A DNA stretch of 64,000 nt from a virus. This document shows positions 18,966 to 28,257 of the stretch, piece after piece. A program made the position numbers and the translations under genes. Positions within the stretch are counted from its first letter, which is position 1. Every line of letters begins with the position of its first letter. Under the pieces are notes generated by a model. The model saw only the letters and a list, made by a program, of their open reading frames with translations, made no database searches and was not told the origin of the DNA. The stretch lies in IMG/VR virus record IMGVR_UViG_3300022939_000017, positions 7,416 to 71,415 of that record; one strand, 5' to 3'.

Positions 18966-19859
18966 TTAAGGTGCCGAGTTCTTATATACGTGTCCACTTG
19001 GTAGAGAACTTTCTAATCCCCATTTGTGTGCAAGGTAACCTTCTGCTTTTATTAAATGTGTTAAATCAGTTCCACTCGTACCAGGTATATCTGCTACTGC
19101 AAAGAATTCACCTAATTTACCATCTAATTCTTGTGATGACCTGTTTCTCATCAATCTTAATTCTTGGTTTGTTTGTAATGAGTTATCATAATCATTAACT
19201 GGTGTAAATGCGTTTGTACCATCTACTCTAACACCAATTTGGTTTCCACTCTTATTGAACCAACAAGCAACGATGTGATATTGGTTTTGTGTTAAACTTT
19301 TATCATCCCATAATTCTAAATTACCAATTGTAGTACTAATTCTATTTGAAGATAGACCATCTAAATCTAATTCACCTGGCCAAGAGTTTGATGAGTTACC
19401 ACTACTGATTGCATAATCTCTTTTTGGTGAACCATTTGTTTCATAACTCCAAAGGGAATCTTGGGTACTATCTGTTCCATCAAATCTAAATACACCGATT
19501 GCCCAATGATTACCTGATGATACCTGTGTAGAGTAAGTTGTACTTTGTAGATAATCCCCATTACCATCAAAATCAAATACATTTAATCCATTTTGTGTAC
19601 TGTTATTAGTTAATGGATTACCACCTACATTCATTGTATATGTTCCTGCTTTATCAGTTACAGAAACTAATGAAGTTCCACTTCTTGTATAATTTGAAGA
19701 ATCAGATGCATCAATCCAAGCAACGGTTGTTATATCTGTACTTGGTGACCAAGGAGTATTACTACCTGTTGGCCAGATGTGTTCATTATTATAATAAACA
19801 TCATCCACCTCAACATTATTTAAATAAATGTTTTGTGCGGTGTTAATTCTTCTATCCAT
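18966..19859 (-). CDS. LamG/concanavalin-like lectin-fold virion protein
   Basis: WIDASD, FDGNGDYL, YHIVA, EGYLAHKWG. Confidence 0.7.
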   Translation of the reverse strand: MDRRINTAQNIYLNNVEVDDVYYNNEHIWPTGSNTPWSPSTDITTVAWIDASDSSNYTRSGTSLVSVTDKAGTYTMNVGGNPLTNNSTQNGLNVFDFDGNGDYLQSTTYSTQVSSGNHWAIGVFRFDGTDSTQDSLWSYETNGSPKRDYAISSGNSSNSWPGELDLDGLSSNRISTTIGNLELWDDKSLTQNQYHIVACWFNKSGNQIGVRVDGTNAFTPVNDYDNSLQTNQELRLMRNRSSQELDGKLGEFFAVADIPGTSGTDLTHLIKAEGYLAHKWGLESSLPSGHVYKNSAP

Positions 19860-19861
19860 TT

Positions 19862-20149
19862 TTATCCTTGTACGATATATAATGTACCACTAACTGGTGT
19901 AATTGCTGCATAAGATGCAGATGTTATTACTTCTATAATATTAGCAGAAGATGAACTTACAAATCCATCTAATTGAGATGAACCACTTACGATTCCATCA
20001 CCATTTGTGTTAAGATACTTTGAATCAAAAGTTGTCGTAGTAGCTGCAGAATCAACTACCCATGTTGTTCCATTATAACGATAAACCGTACCATTACTCG
20101 CAGTATGGGTTTGTCCATTTGATGCTCCATCAGGAAAGTTGAAAGCCAT
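19862..20149 (-). CDS. Small putative virion protein
   Basis: MAFNFP...YRYNGTTW N-terminus, VSGSSQ, C-terminal GTLYIV. Confidence 0.6.
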   Translation of the reverse strand: MAFNFPDGASNGQTHTASNGTVYRYNGTTWVVDSAATTTTFDSKYLNTNGDGIVSGSSQLDGFVSSSSANIIEVITSASYAAITPVSGTLYIVQG

Positions 20150-20176
20150 AATTAAATCTCCTCTTTACTATAAATA

Positions 20177-20797
20177 TTAATGAGAATGTGTTACTTCGTG
20201 TTCTTCCCAACCTTTAGTTGGTTTTTCATTCTCAAATTCAAAGCATCTATATGAACCTGTTTTTTCAAAGTAGATATGTTTAATCATATCAGTTGGAATA
20301 TGTCCACCTGTCGGAAGTACTTCGTGTCCTTCATCAAATACTAACTCCACAGTTACAGTTAAGTTTGATTCATCATCCCACTCTCTTTCTTGTTCTTCCA
20401 ACAATCTCCACTCACCACGATTTAAATATTGGTCTTGTAGAGCACAGTTTAGAAAAGAAAAAGTTTGTCTTAGATTTTCGTAAGAATCAGAATATGTTGC
20501 CGCTGGTGCAAGATGTCCTTTATCCCAAACATTTCTATAATAATCTGCATTATCAGATGTGTGAACATCTTTTTCTGTATAAAAGTTCATTGAACCTCTA
20601 TCTACATTCTTAACTCTATTAGTTGATGTATAAACCAACTTCATAGGTTGTTCGTAGATTTCATTGTACCAAACTTTAAAGACTGGATTTTCAACAATTA
20701 CTTCCGCTCTTAATTCTTTTTGGGGTTCTTGAGCAAAACCCTCTTTCTCACATCCATATAATGCTAAAGATATGATTAAAATTTTCCATAGTTTCAT
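20177..20797 (-). CDS. DNA/RNA non-specific endonuclease, predicted lipoprotein
   Basis: Lipobox LALYG-C, WDKGHLAPAA catalytic motif, LNRGEWRLLE, IPT. Confidence 0.88.
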   Translation of the reverse strand: MKLWKILIISLALYGCEKEGFAQEPQKELRAEVIVENPVFKVWYNEIYEQPMKLVYTSTNRVKNVDRGSMNFYTEKDVHTSDNADYYRNVWDKGHLAPAATYSDSYENLRQTFSFLNCALQDQYLNRGEWRLLEEQEREWDDESNLTVTVELVFDEGHEVLPTGGHIPTDMIKHIYFEKTGSYRCFEFENEKPTKGWEEHEVTHSH

Positions 20798-20856
20798 AAA
20801 AACTCCTTTTGTTAATATATAAATATTAGATTTTTGAGGATATCAAATAAGTAAAG

Positions 20857-21411
20857 TTATAACATATTTTTTTCTTCTTTCTGTATGAAAGATAGTGATA
20901 GTATCACTCTTGATTTATTGCCTATTATTTTATCTGTTTGATGTACAGTATGATATGGAGCAAAAACTACCATATCACCTTCATCCATAGGAAATTCTAC
21001 ACCATTGAATTTATAAACACCACCTTGTTCTGGTTTTTCAAGTAATACATTAAATCTAAATTCTTTTGGATTGTGTGCATCTATGTGTTTTATTAAGTAA
21101 TGGCCTTCTTTGAATTGTAGTAAAAAATCTCCCCAATATAATCCTTTTAAGTTTTCAAAACCTTCATTTAACTTATTTTCAATACCAAATTCGTCTTTCC
21201 ATTTTTCAAAAGCATATTTTCTCCATCTTTCTCCTAACTCGGTATTATAAATTTTTGGCCCTTCATATAAGATACCATACTGGTTATTATTAGGCAATCG
21301 AATCCAATCTTCATTTGGATAATTTAACAACTCCATAAATTCTTCTTTCCACTCCATAGGGAAAGCGTTTTTTATAAGAGTTATATCCCTTATGTATTTA
21401 AATTTCTCCAT
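20857..21411 (-). CDS. 2OG-Fe(II) oxygenase
   Basis: HID...GG...H...R pattern. Start reassigned to MEKFK (21411) inside the polA-end repeat. Confidence 0.8.
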   Translation of the reverse strand: MEKFKYIRDITLIKNAFPMEWKEEFMELLNYPNEDWIRLPNNNQYGILYEGPKIYNTELGERWRKYAFEKWKDEFGIENKLNEGFENLKGLYWGDFLLQFKEGHYLIKHIDAHNPKEFRFNVLLEKPEQGGVYKFNGVEFPMDEGDMVVFAPYHTVHQTDKIIGNKSRVILSLSFIQKEEKNML

Positions 21412-21485
21412 AAGTTTTACCCCAATCGGCTTTGACAGGAAATCCAAAATTTTCGAGAACGCATTTAATCTTTTTAATTGTTTCT
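21397..21485 (-). repeat. Orphan second copy of the polA 3' end (89 bp)
   Basis: 77/89 nt identical to 24008-24096 by hand alignment; reads ETIKKIKCVLENFGFPVKADWGKTYGEI* in the pol frame. Confidence 0.92.
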
Positions 21486-21512
21486 CCTTTGTTTGTTAGT
21501 ATATAAATATAG

Positions 21513-22715
21513 TTAAATTAATTCTTTCGAAGAATTTAAAACTATATCCAGATACGAGTTATTTGAGTAACAAATATCAATTAAATTTACTCGTGTTGTT
21601 TCAACCCAAGCTTTTAATTCTTCCTTCAATGATTCCCATTTGGTTTCATTAGAAACTGATTTTTTTATTAACTCCATTAGTTCTTCAAATGATTCATAGG
21701 TAAAAGAAAGTGGATATGGGGTTTTATTATATTTTCTCTGAATTTCATTATAAAAATCAAATACCTTAAATGAAGCTGGTAAAAATAATTTACCACTTAA
21801 AATTCTAATTACTGATTTTTCACTAATATAATCCATCTCCATCCATTCATCAATTATCTCTACTTCCGCAAGAGGAAGTATTTTATAATACATTTCATGA
21901 ATATTGTTTTTATTTGCTTCATTACCCCAATCGTGAATTCCATATCCTCTTTTATTGATATAGTTTTCTTTTATAGAACTTTGAATATATTTTCTAAAAT
22001 CATCTATTTCTTTATCAATTCCACTATCAACACTATCTTTAGTAAAACAATATGATGAGTATGTTATATAAACTTCTGGTATTTCTAAAAGAGAGTTTAT
22101 TTGTTTAATCTTTTCTCCAATAATTCTTCTAACCGAATAACTTAATTTGTGTCGTGGTTTTATTTCTTTTAAATAATCATATAAAAAGTAAGAATGTTTT
22201 ATATCTAAATTCGAATCGTGAATATATGATAAAAAATTATTTGTAAAAACATAGTGTCTATTTTTAAATTTTTTGTTTTTTAAAATTTCATCAACAAATA
22301 TGTTTGAATTTTTAATTTCGTATAAATCATGTGAATGACTTATACCTTCCCAATCTATATAAAAAATATTTAACTTTTCACCAAGTAAATTTCCTTTTTC
22401 AATTAAATCTTTTTTTAAGGTGTATTTAAAATAATTTACTGTTTTATAGCTATATCCCCTATCTGTAATAATTCCGTTTTGCATAAGATAAGTATGTACA
22501 TCAAATATATGATTCCCATCTATCTTATCCCAATCACCATCACCACAGAAATTTATTTCTAATGGAGTTTCTTTATAATTTGTATGTAAAGTTATTTTTT
22601 TATGTTGTTCTTTAAAGAAAAAAGCAGGTACATCTTTTACATCTAAATCAGTACCATGGAAAAAGTACCAAAATAAATCATTGGTGTAATTATGATGTAC
22701 ATAAAATTTTTTCAT
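21513..22715 (-). CDS. Putative glycosyltransferase-like protein (paralogue B)
   Basis: DYISEKSVIRILSGKLFLP resembles the GT10-like YITEK motif; shares FYIDWEG and ENYINKRGYGIHDWG with the neighbour. Confidence 0.55.
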   Translation of the reverse strand: MKKFYVHHNYTNDLFWYFFHGTDLDVKDVPAFFFKEQHKKITLHTNYKETPLEINFCGDGDWDKIDGNHIFDVHTYLMQNGIITDRGYSYKTVNYFKYTLKKDLIEKGNLLGEKLNIFYIDWEGISHSHDLYEIKNSNIFVDEILKNKKFKNRHYVFTNNFLSYIHDSNLDIKHSYFLYDYLKEIKPRHKLSYSVRRIIGEKIKQINSLLEIPEVYITYSSYCFTKDSVDSGIDKEIDDFRKYIQSSIKENYINKRGYGIHDWGNEANKNNIHEMYYKILPLAEVEIIDEWMEMDYISEKSVIRILSGKLFLPASFKVFDFYNEIQRKYNKTPYPLSFTYESFEELMELIKKSVSNETKWESLKEELKAWVETTRVNLIDICYSNNSYLDIVLNSSKELI

Positions 22716-24022
22716 AATAAACTTGGAGTTTTAATTTCATTTTTTGTAATAATGTAATCAAAATATGAATTATTTTCGTGAATTATTTCAACAAGTTGTT
22801 TTCTTAGATTTTGTACATATAATGTAAGCTTATCTAAAAACTCTTTCCATTTTACTTCATCTTTTGTAATTTCATCTATATAATCAAGTTTATCTAATAC
22901 AAAATCATATTCTAATGGAAATTCTAAAGTAGGTTTATTATAATTTTTTAACCACTTATCATAAAAATCAATAGTAGCTCTATAAAATGGAATGAAAGGT
23001 TTTCCTACCAAAATATGTGATATTGATTTTTCAGTTATGTAATTATCTCCACTATTAGCTTTATTATTAGTTTTTTCAGAATGATGCTTTGGTGAGTGTT
23101 CGAATAAAATACATACATCTGAAATACCAAACATTTTCCACATATTTTCATTCATATTATTTGAATTCCACTCACCACCCCAATCATGAATACCATATCC
23201 TCTTTTATTGATATAGTTTTCACTTGGCATAGAATCTAATAATTTTTTTCTAACATCAACTTCTTTTTGTGTTTTAAATTTATCGATTTGTAACGATGAT
23301 TGAAATGAAGAATTTGTTATAGATATGTGTGGGTTATTTAGTTCTAAAACTTTATCTGTTAATAATTCTTTATCACCATACAATCTTCTAATTGGAATAT
23401 TAATTTTATATTTGTAATCATTTTTATATTTTAGATAATCACCAAAAAAATAATAATCTCTAATACCTAATGTATTTGGATATATAAATGACCAAATTAA
23501 GTTGGTAAATACAAAATGATGGTTTTTTACATTTTCTGCATTTGGACTAACTTCATCAACAAAAAATTGTATATTTGGATTTAGATTTTTATACCATCCT
23601 TCCATTATATAAGGGTCATGTCCTTCCCAATCTATATAAAAGTAATGAATATTATCAGAAAGTATTGAAGCTTTTGAATTTAAAAATTTTAAATTTTTTT
23701 GATTTATTTCAACCATTATGTTTGAATTAAATCCTCTATCGGAAACTCTATTATCTTCTAATAAATTTATACTATAATCAAACAAATGAAAACCATCTGT
23801 TTTATCCCAATGCTTTTCATTACAAAAAATTACCTCGATTTTTTTTCCTTTATACTTTCCATTTAAAATTACATCATCGTTTACTTTTATATTCTTATTA
23901 TGTTGATTCCATTCTTTAAACCAAGTTGGAACGGATTCAGGTTCTATTTCTAACCCATGACAAAATAACCAAAATAATTCATAGGTATAATAATGATGTA
24001 TGTAAACTTTAAACTTCTCCAT
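22712..24022 (-). CDS. Putative glycosyltransferase-like protein (paralogue A)
   Basis: LFEH...DNYITEKSISHILVGKPFIP. Start reassigned to MEKFK (24022), overlapping the polA end. Confidence 0.55.
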   Translation of the reverse strand: MEKFKVYIHHYYTYELFWLFCHGLEIEPESVPTWFKEWNQHNKNIKVNDDVILNGKYKGKKIEVIFCNEKHWDKTDGFHLFDYSINLLEDNRVSDRGFNSNIMVEINQKNLKFLNSKASILSDNIHYFYIDWEGHDPYIMEGWYKNLNPNIQFFVDEVSPNAENVKNHHFVFTNLIWSFIYPNTLGIRDYYFFGDYLKYKNDYKYKINIPIRRLYGDKELLTDKVLELNNPHISITNSSFQSSLQIDKFKTQKEVDVRKKLLDSMPSENYINKRGYGIHDWGGEWNSNNMNENMWKMFGISDVCILFEHSPKHHSEKTNNKANSGDNYITEKSISHILVGKPFIPFYRATIDFYDKWLKNYNKPTLEFPLEYDFVLDKLDYIDEITKDEVKWKEFLDKLTLYVQNLRKQLVEIIHENNSYFDYIITKNEIKTPSLL

Positions 24023-25304
24023 AATTTTTACCCCAATCTGCTTTGACGGGAAATCCATAACTTTCGAGAACGGATTTAACTAATTTAATCGTTTCTACCT
24101 CAGATTCATCAAACTCGAAAAGGAATGAATCATAGGTATATAATATAGGTAGAGGCAATTGTAATTTTCTTAACTTTTCCATCACTTCAATATTAAACTC
24201 AGTTTCAGTCGCTTGAAGAAGATAATTAAAGAATTTTTGTGATGTTGGTTTTTCAATCCAACCTAAAGGAATTTTTCTTCCTTTTGGAGTTTGTAAATAA
24301 CCATTTTTCACACCATCTTCTTGTATCTTTCTAATAAACTTATCAACCTTATCAAAGAATGGAATCTTTCTATCTTCATCACTCACACCACCATAAAGGA
24401 TTCTAAAGGTTCTTCCTTTGGATTCATCGTAATCACAACCATATTGGTCTGCTAACCATTGGTGTACCGATGTATCGGGTAGTTTGTGTTTAATCAACTT
24501 ACCAATAATTCGAACATGATAAGCATCGTAATCAAATTGTAAGAACAACTTACCATCTCTTGGAATAAACGATTCTCTCGAACCATCTTTCTTGTTAAGA
24601 GCAGAAAAGTTAACACCACCATGTCTATTGGATGGTCTTGAAGTTATCGTATAAGGATTATATTCGGTGAATATATTCCCTAAAAGTAATGAGTTTTGGT
24701 GATTAGGCCATCTATCAAGAAATTTTTCCGTATCGACCCGAATACCCTTTCGTTCAATCTGAGAAAGGATAGGAATCATCGTATTATCAATCCAAGTTGT
24801 ATTGTCTTTAAGAAATTCTCTAAGATAATTTGGATGTGAAGGAGAAATATCTCCCCATTCACCAACAATCTCTCGTAGAACCTCACCCCACTTCATTATA
24901 GGGATACTCTTACCTAAGTCATCTCTTATACCCAATCGGTAATAAAAGTTCGTTAGAACCTCTAATTTATCACCAAAGGGGTATATTTGGTTTTGTTCAA
25001 AGAATAATGCAGTTTGAACATCTTTTAGCTTTTCAATATTGATATCGGTTTGTAAAAAACCTTTTTTATTCCAAATCCACTTGTTTTGAGTGGAAAGAGA
25101 TAAATCAATAGTTAGAGGTTCACAATCATTATGATTAAAAGGTAAGATAAAATCTATATTTGAAAATCGGACATACAAAAATGACAACCTATTATTCATA
25201 GGATGTTTTTCTAAATCTTCCCAAATTGGAATAATCGTTGATTGTTCGTTATTCCAATATTCAAGAAATTGTTCTTTCTCTTTATTGGTTTCTACTATAA
25301 CCAC
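24009..25304 (-). CDS. Compact family A DNA polymerase-like protein
   Basis: TITSRPS, motif A FDYDAYHVRI, motif B SKGRTFRILYG, NYLLQ, motif C variant YTYDSFLF. Confidence 0.85.
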   Translation of the reverse strand: MVIVETNKEKEQFLEYWNNEQSTIIPIWEDLEKHPMNNRLSFLYVRFSNIDFILPFNHNDCEPLTIDLSLSTQNKWIWNKKGFLQTDINIEKLKDVQTALFFEQNQIYPFGDKLEVLTNFYYRLGIRDDLGKSIPIMKWGEVLREIVGEWGDISPSHPNYLREFLKDNTTWIDNTMIPILSQIERKGIRVDTEKFLDRWPNHQNSLLLGNIFTEYNPYTITSRPSNRHGGVNFSALNKKDGSRESFIPRDGKLFLQFDYDAYHVRIIGKLIKHKLPDTSVHQWLADQYGCDYDESKGRTFRILYGGVSDEDRKIPFFDKVDKFIRKIQEDGVKNGYLQTPKGRKIPLGWIEKPTSQKFFNYLLQATETEFNIEVMEKLRKLQLPLPILYTYDSFLFEFDESEVETIKLVKSVLESYGFPVKADWGKNYGEV

Positions 25305-25326
25305 TTATTGGTCTATGTTTAAGTTA

Positions 25327-25572
25327 CTATCGTGTATTTCTTTTTACGATTTCTATGAATTGAGATAAATCTAAATATCTATCAAACATAATACTCGTAT
25401 CTTGAAATATTTCCACATACCACTCATCGTTTTCTATTTCATCCGAAGTTGGTGAAATGAATGATACGACTCCGTTATTTCCAAGGTCTAATGTATAGTA
25501 GTAGAAATTATCTCCTTCATCGTTTTCATCAAATCGTTGAAATCCTAATGATATTAAATCTTGTTCTCTCAT
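25327..25572 (-). CDS. Hypothetical protein
   Basis: 81-aa acidic ORF, coupled to the upstream ORF. Confidence 0.65.
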   Translation of the reverse strand: MREQDLISLGFQRFDENDEGDNFYYYTLDLGNNGVVSFISPTSDEIENDEWYVEIFQDTSIMFDRYLDLSQFIEIVKRNTR

Positions 25573-25703
25573 ACTACACCTGCATTGTATTCCATAAGTA
25601 TTAGTTCTGCAGTTTCTTCATCTACATACCCACTCCCATCCATATCGATGAGGTGTCCTACATAATACATTCCATCTAATTGTGTTAAATCTGTTTTTTT
25701 CAT
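25569..25703 (-). CDS. Small hypothetical protein, 44 aa
   Basis: Hand translation MKKTDLTQLDGMYYVGHLIDMDGSGYVDEETAELILMEYNAGVV; ATGA overlaps at both ends fill the gap exactly. Confidence 0.65.
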   Translation of the reverse strand: MKKTDLTQLDGMYYVGHLIDMDGSGYVDEETAELILMEYNAGVV

Positions 25704-26158
25704 TTTATAAATCCAAGTTTTCTTTTTATATCTAACCAAGTCTCTTCATCACAATCATTTTTCATTCTATTAAAACAAGTTAGAGTTAATTGACAGTTAC
25801 CTGGTATATATCCTTTCGAACTATCTATTCTATCTACTGATATTTGTAATGAGTGATTTGGAATTAAGTTAAATCTTTCATCCATATCCCAACCACTAAT
25901 TGCACACTTACCTCCTTGTAGTAACCAAAGTTTTTGAATGTATTGTTTGTCAATGGTTAATTCATGACCAAATAATTTTTGGTATTCGGCTGACGAGTAA
26001 GCTTCAAGACCTTCTTCTATTCTTTGTTTGTTTTTCTTAGTAAAGGTTTTACCACCTCCTGCTCCAAATCTAGCAGAGGTTCGTACTTTATCCCAAAGTT
26101 TATCTTCTACTATTTTGGAAATTTTTGTAATTGTTTCTGTGAAAAATGTGTTTGTCAT
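25700..26158 (-). CDS. His-Me finger (HNH-like) endonuclease
   Basis: QGGKCAISG, SVDRIDSSKGYIPGNCQL, FNRMK. Confidence 0.75.
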   Translation of the reverse strand: MTNTFFTETITKISKIVEDKLWDKVRTSARFGAGGGKTFTKKNKQRIEEGLEAYSSAEYQKLFGHELTIDKQYIQKLWLLQGGKCAISGWDMDERFNLIPNHSLQISVDRIDSSKGYIPGNCQLTLTCFNRMKNDCDEETWLDIKRKLGFIK

Positions 26159-26171
26159 AATTTTAATTTTT

Positions 26172-26206
26172 TACAAATATACGAAAAATATTTTAAATTA
26201 CCAAAT
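26172..26206 (-). promoter_or_regulatory. Bacteroidota-type promoter
   Basis: TTTGG...TTCGTATATTTGTA. Confidence 0.7.
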
Positions 26207-26770
26207 TTCAAACCCACCACATTCTCTGAGGAATGAAATAAATCTTTGTAAGTGTGCTTTATCAACTGAATGTGATGATTTTACTACCATACCATCTTTA
26301 GTTACGATTGGTGTTGTGATAAGTTTACCATAGTATTCTTCATTCAAATCTTCTTCGACTTTTGATGTAGCAAATTTACCATCTAAGGTTGTCCAACTAC
26401 CCATACAAAGTTGTAGTTCATCTACATCTTCCACATCGAAGAACTCTTTACCGATTTCTTCTAATGCATCAGCAAGTTTGTTACACTCTTCTTGAGTTTC
26501 CAAACCTCTACCATCATTTGAACCCCAATAAGATAAATCAAGACCTAAATCTCTCATATCATTTACCATTTCTGATAACATGACGATTGGTCTCCATCCC
26601 CACCAATTGGAACGAAAGTAATCACCAGGATTATTTTCTCTAAATTCTCTATCTAATTGCCAAAACTCATCTTTGGCAGTTTCACTCATTTCTTTCCATA
26701 CTTCATTTGATGGAAATTTAGGTTTTTCTGAACGAATGATTGGGTTTTTACCCGAAATATCTACTCCCAT
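26198..26770 (-). CDS. Hypothetical protein
   Basis: MGVD...GDYFRSNWWGWRP...FLRECGGFEIW, a recognisable phage hypothetical pattern. Confidence 0.75.
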   Translation of the reverse strand: MGVDISGKNPIIRSEKPKFPSNEVWKEMSETAKDEFWQLDREFRENNPGDYFRSNWWGWRPIVMLSEMVNDMRDLGLDLSYWGSNDGRGLETQEECNKLADALEEIGKEFFDVEDVDELQLCMGSWTTLDGKFATSKVEEDLNEEYYGKLITTPIVTKDGMVVKSSHSVDKAHLQRFISFLRECGGFEIW

Positions 26771-26788
26771 AATTTTATAATTTAAATT

Positions 26789-26980
26789 TTATATTGTTAA
26801 GTGTGTTAATTTTTCATTTAATCGTTTCATATGTTTACAAGGTGAATGTCTACGAAATTCTCTTGCCTTACAATCACAATCATCGATTTTATAATCTGTT
26901 ACTCTTACTCGATAGTAAGATAACTTACCTGTCTTTTTGTTACGAGAACCCATTTCTCGATAATACCAACTATTTGTCAT
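26789..26980 (-). CDS. SWIM zinc-finger small protein
   Basis: CDC...PCKH; start reassigned to MTNSW. Confidence 0.7.
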   Translation of the reverse strand: MTNSWYYREMGSRNKKTGKLSYYRVRVTDYKIDDCDCKAREFRRHSPCKHMKRLNEKLTHLTI

Positions 26981-27296
26981 AACCAACAAAATTGTAAGGA
27001 ATTGGTTTAACCAATCCTTGTTTAACTGCATATGGATATTCTTCGTTCAACCAATAGTTTTGAACATTATCCACTTCATCATGTATATCTTGGTAAAGGT
27101 CATTGATATCATACCCACTACCATACTTAATACCACCACAAAGAACCATTAGTTCATTGAGTTTATTGAAATCGTTTTGGTATTTAACTATTGATTCGAT
27201 GATATTTTCTTTCATCATATCAGCAACCTTGTCATTGTAATCATACATTTCTTTTGACCAAGGTTTTGTTACTTTAGGTTTTATTAGTACTTTCAT
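26970..27296 (-). CDS. Hypothetical protein
   Basis: 108-aa ORF in the early cluster. Confidence 0.65.
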   Translation of the reverse strand: MKVLIKPKVTKPWSKEMYDYNDKVADMMKENIIESIVKYQNDFNKLNELMVLCGGIKYGSGYDINDLYQDIHDEVDNVQNYWLNEEYPYAVKQGLVKPIPYNFVGYDK

Positions 27297-27298
27297 AA

Positions 27299-27571
27299 CT
27301 ATGAATTTAAAGTTAACATTGAAAGAGGAACATTATAAGAACCAAATCCATTTAGAACTTCGATTACAGCCTTAGTTCGGTTAATTTTCTTAACTCTACA
27401 TTGTTTACCATTCAACTTAGGATGGTTAACATTTACATTAGCTCCAATATAAAGTTCATTCTTTATATCCCAAGCTAATTCGGATTTTTTAATTTTGATT
27501 ACTTCAACTACTTTAGAGTTCAACTCTCGTAGTTCTTCAAGGGAAAGGTTTTTTAATTCTGAATAATTCAT
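27299..27571 (-). CDS. Hypothetical protein (N-terminal helix plus SH3-like barrel)
   Basis: LSLEELRELN...IGANV...VKKINRTKAVIE...YNVPLSML. Confidence 0.65.
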   Translation of the reverse strand: MNYSELKNLSLEELRELNSKVVEVIKIKKSELAWDIKNELYIGANVNVNHPKLNGKQCRVKKINRTKAVIEVLNGFGSYNVPLSMLTLNS

Positions 27572-27598
27572 ATCTTTTATCTTTTAATGGTTTAACTT

Positions 27599-27643
27599 AT
27601 TTACATAGTAAATATACGAAAAATATTTCATATATCCAAGCAT
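27599..27643 (-). promoter_or_regulatory. Repeated early-promoter element, copy 2
   Basis: TGCTTGGATAT...TTTCGTATATTTACTATGTAAAT. Confidence 0.7.
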
Positions 27644-27657
27644 TTTTTTACTTTTTT

Positions 27658-27888
27658 TTAAAGAAATTGATAATTGTATTGATATCCACAATCATCATCA
27701 TACCACTCATCTTCTTTAACCTGATTTAAAGGATTTAGGATTTCGTTTAACTTATCAACATCAACTTGTTTCCAATATCCAAATCGAAGATAGATTGGAT
27801 TTCCACCGCCAAAGGTTTGACCTACTTCGAACTCACCAATTTCATTGTTGATTTTTTCAAGGGTTTTAAAATCAATTTTATTTCTCAT
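27658..27888 (-). CDS. Hypothetical protein
   Basis: 76-aa ORF in the early cluster. Confidence 0.65.
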   Translation of the reverse strand: MRNKIDFKTLEKINNEIGEFEVGQTFGGGNPIYLRFGYWKQVDVDKLNEILNPLNQVKEDEWYDDDCGYQYNYQFL

Positions 27889-27900
27889 ATCTTTTAGGGT

Positions 27901-28257
27901 TTAAATTCCACTTTCCATTCGTTGAACCTTATTGTGATGTTCAGCCTCTGAATACTCCACTATCGAAAGTACAGGATTGAACTTAGTCATCAACTTACCA
28001 CTAGCGAATCGCCAGATTACATTATCAATGAAATCTTTTATCATAAATGTTCCATCAGAAGAACCAAATCCTTGGTCCTCATCCCAATCGTTTGTCCATT
28101 CAGTAGCAACTTCAGTTGCAATATCCAATAAATCCCATTGGTGGATTTTTAAATCACCAATCATTTTGGTGAAACCATTAACTCGATGAGAGTTGAAAAG
28201 AAGGGTTGTGGGGTCAATCAAATAATTCATACTTTTAAGGTTTATATTATCACTCAT
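27901..28257 (-). CDS. Hypothetical protein
   Basis: Contains QGFGSSD; the true start may be the second Met given the promoter position. Confidence 0.65.
   Translation of the reverse strand: MSDNINLKSMNYLIDPTTLLFNSHRVNGFTKMIGDLKIHQWDLLDIATEVATEWTNDWDEDQGFGSSDGTFMIKDFIDNVIWRFASGKLMTKFNPVLSIVEYSEAEHHNKVQRMESGI

Noticed and set aside
21397-24096. attL/attR of an integrase-driven element
   Set aside because: There is no integrase or transposase nearby and the repeats are only about 87% identical. Homologous or illegitimate recombination is more parsimonious.
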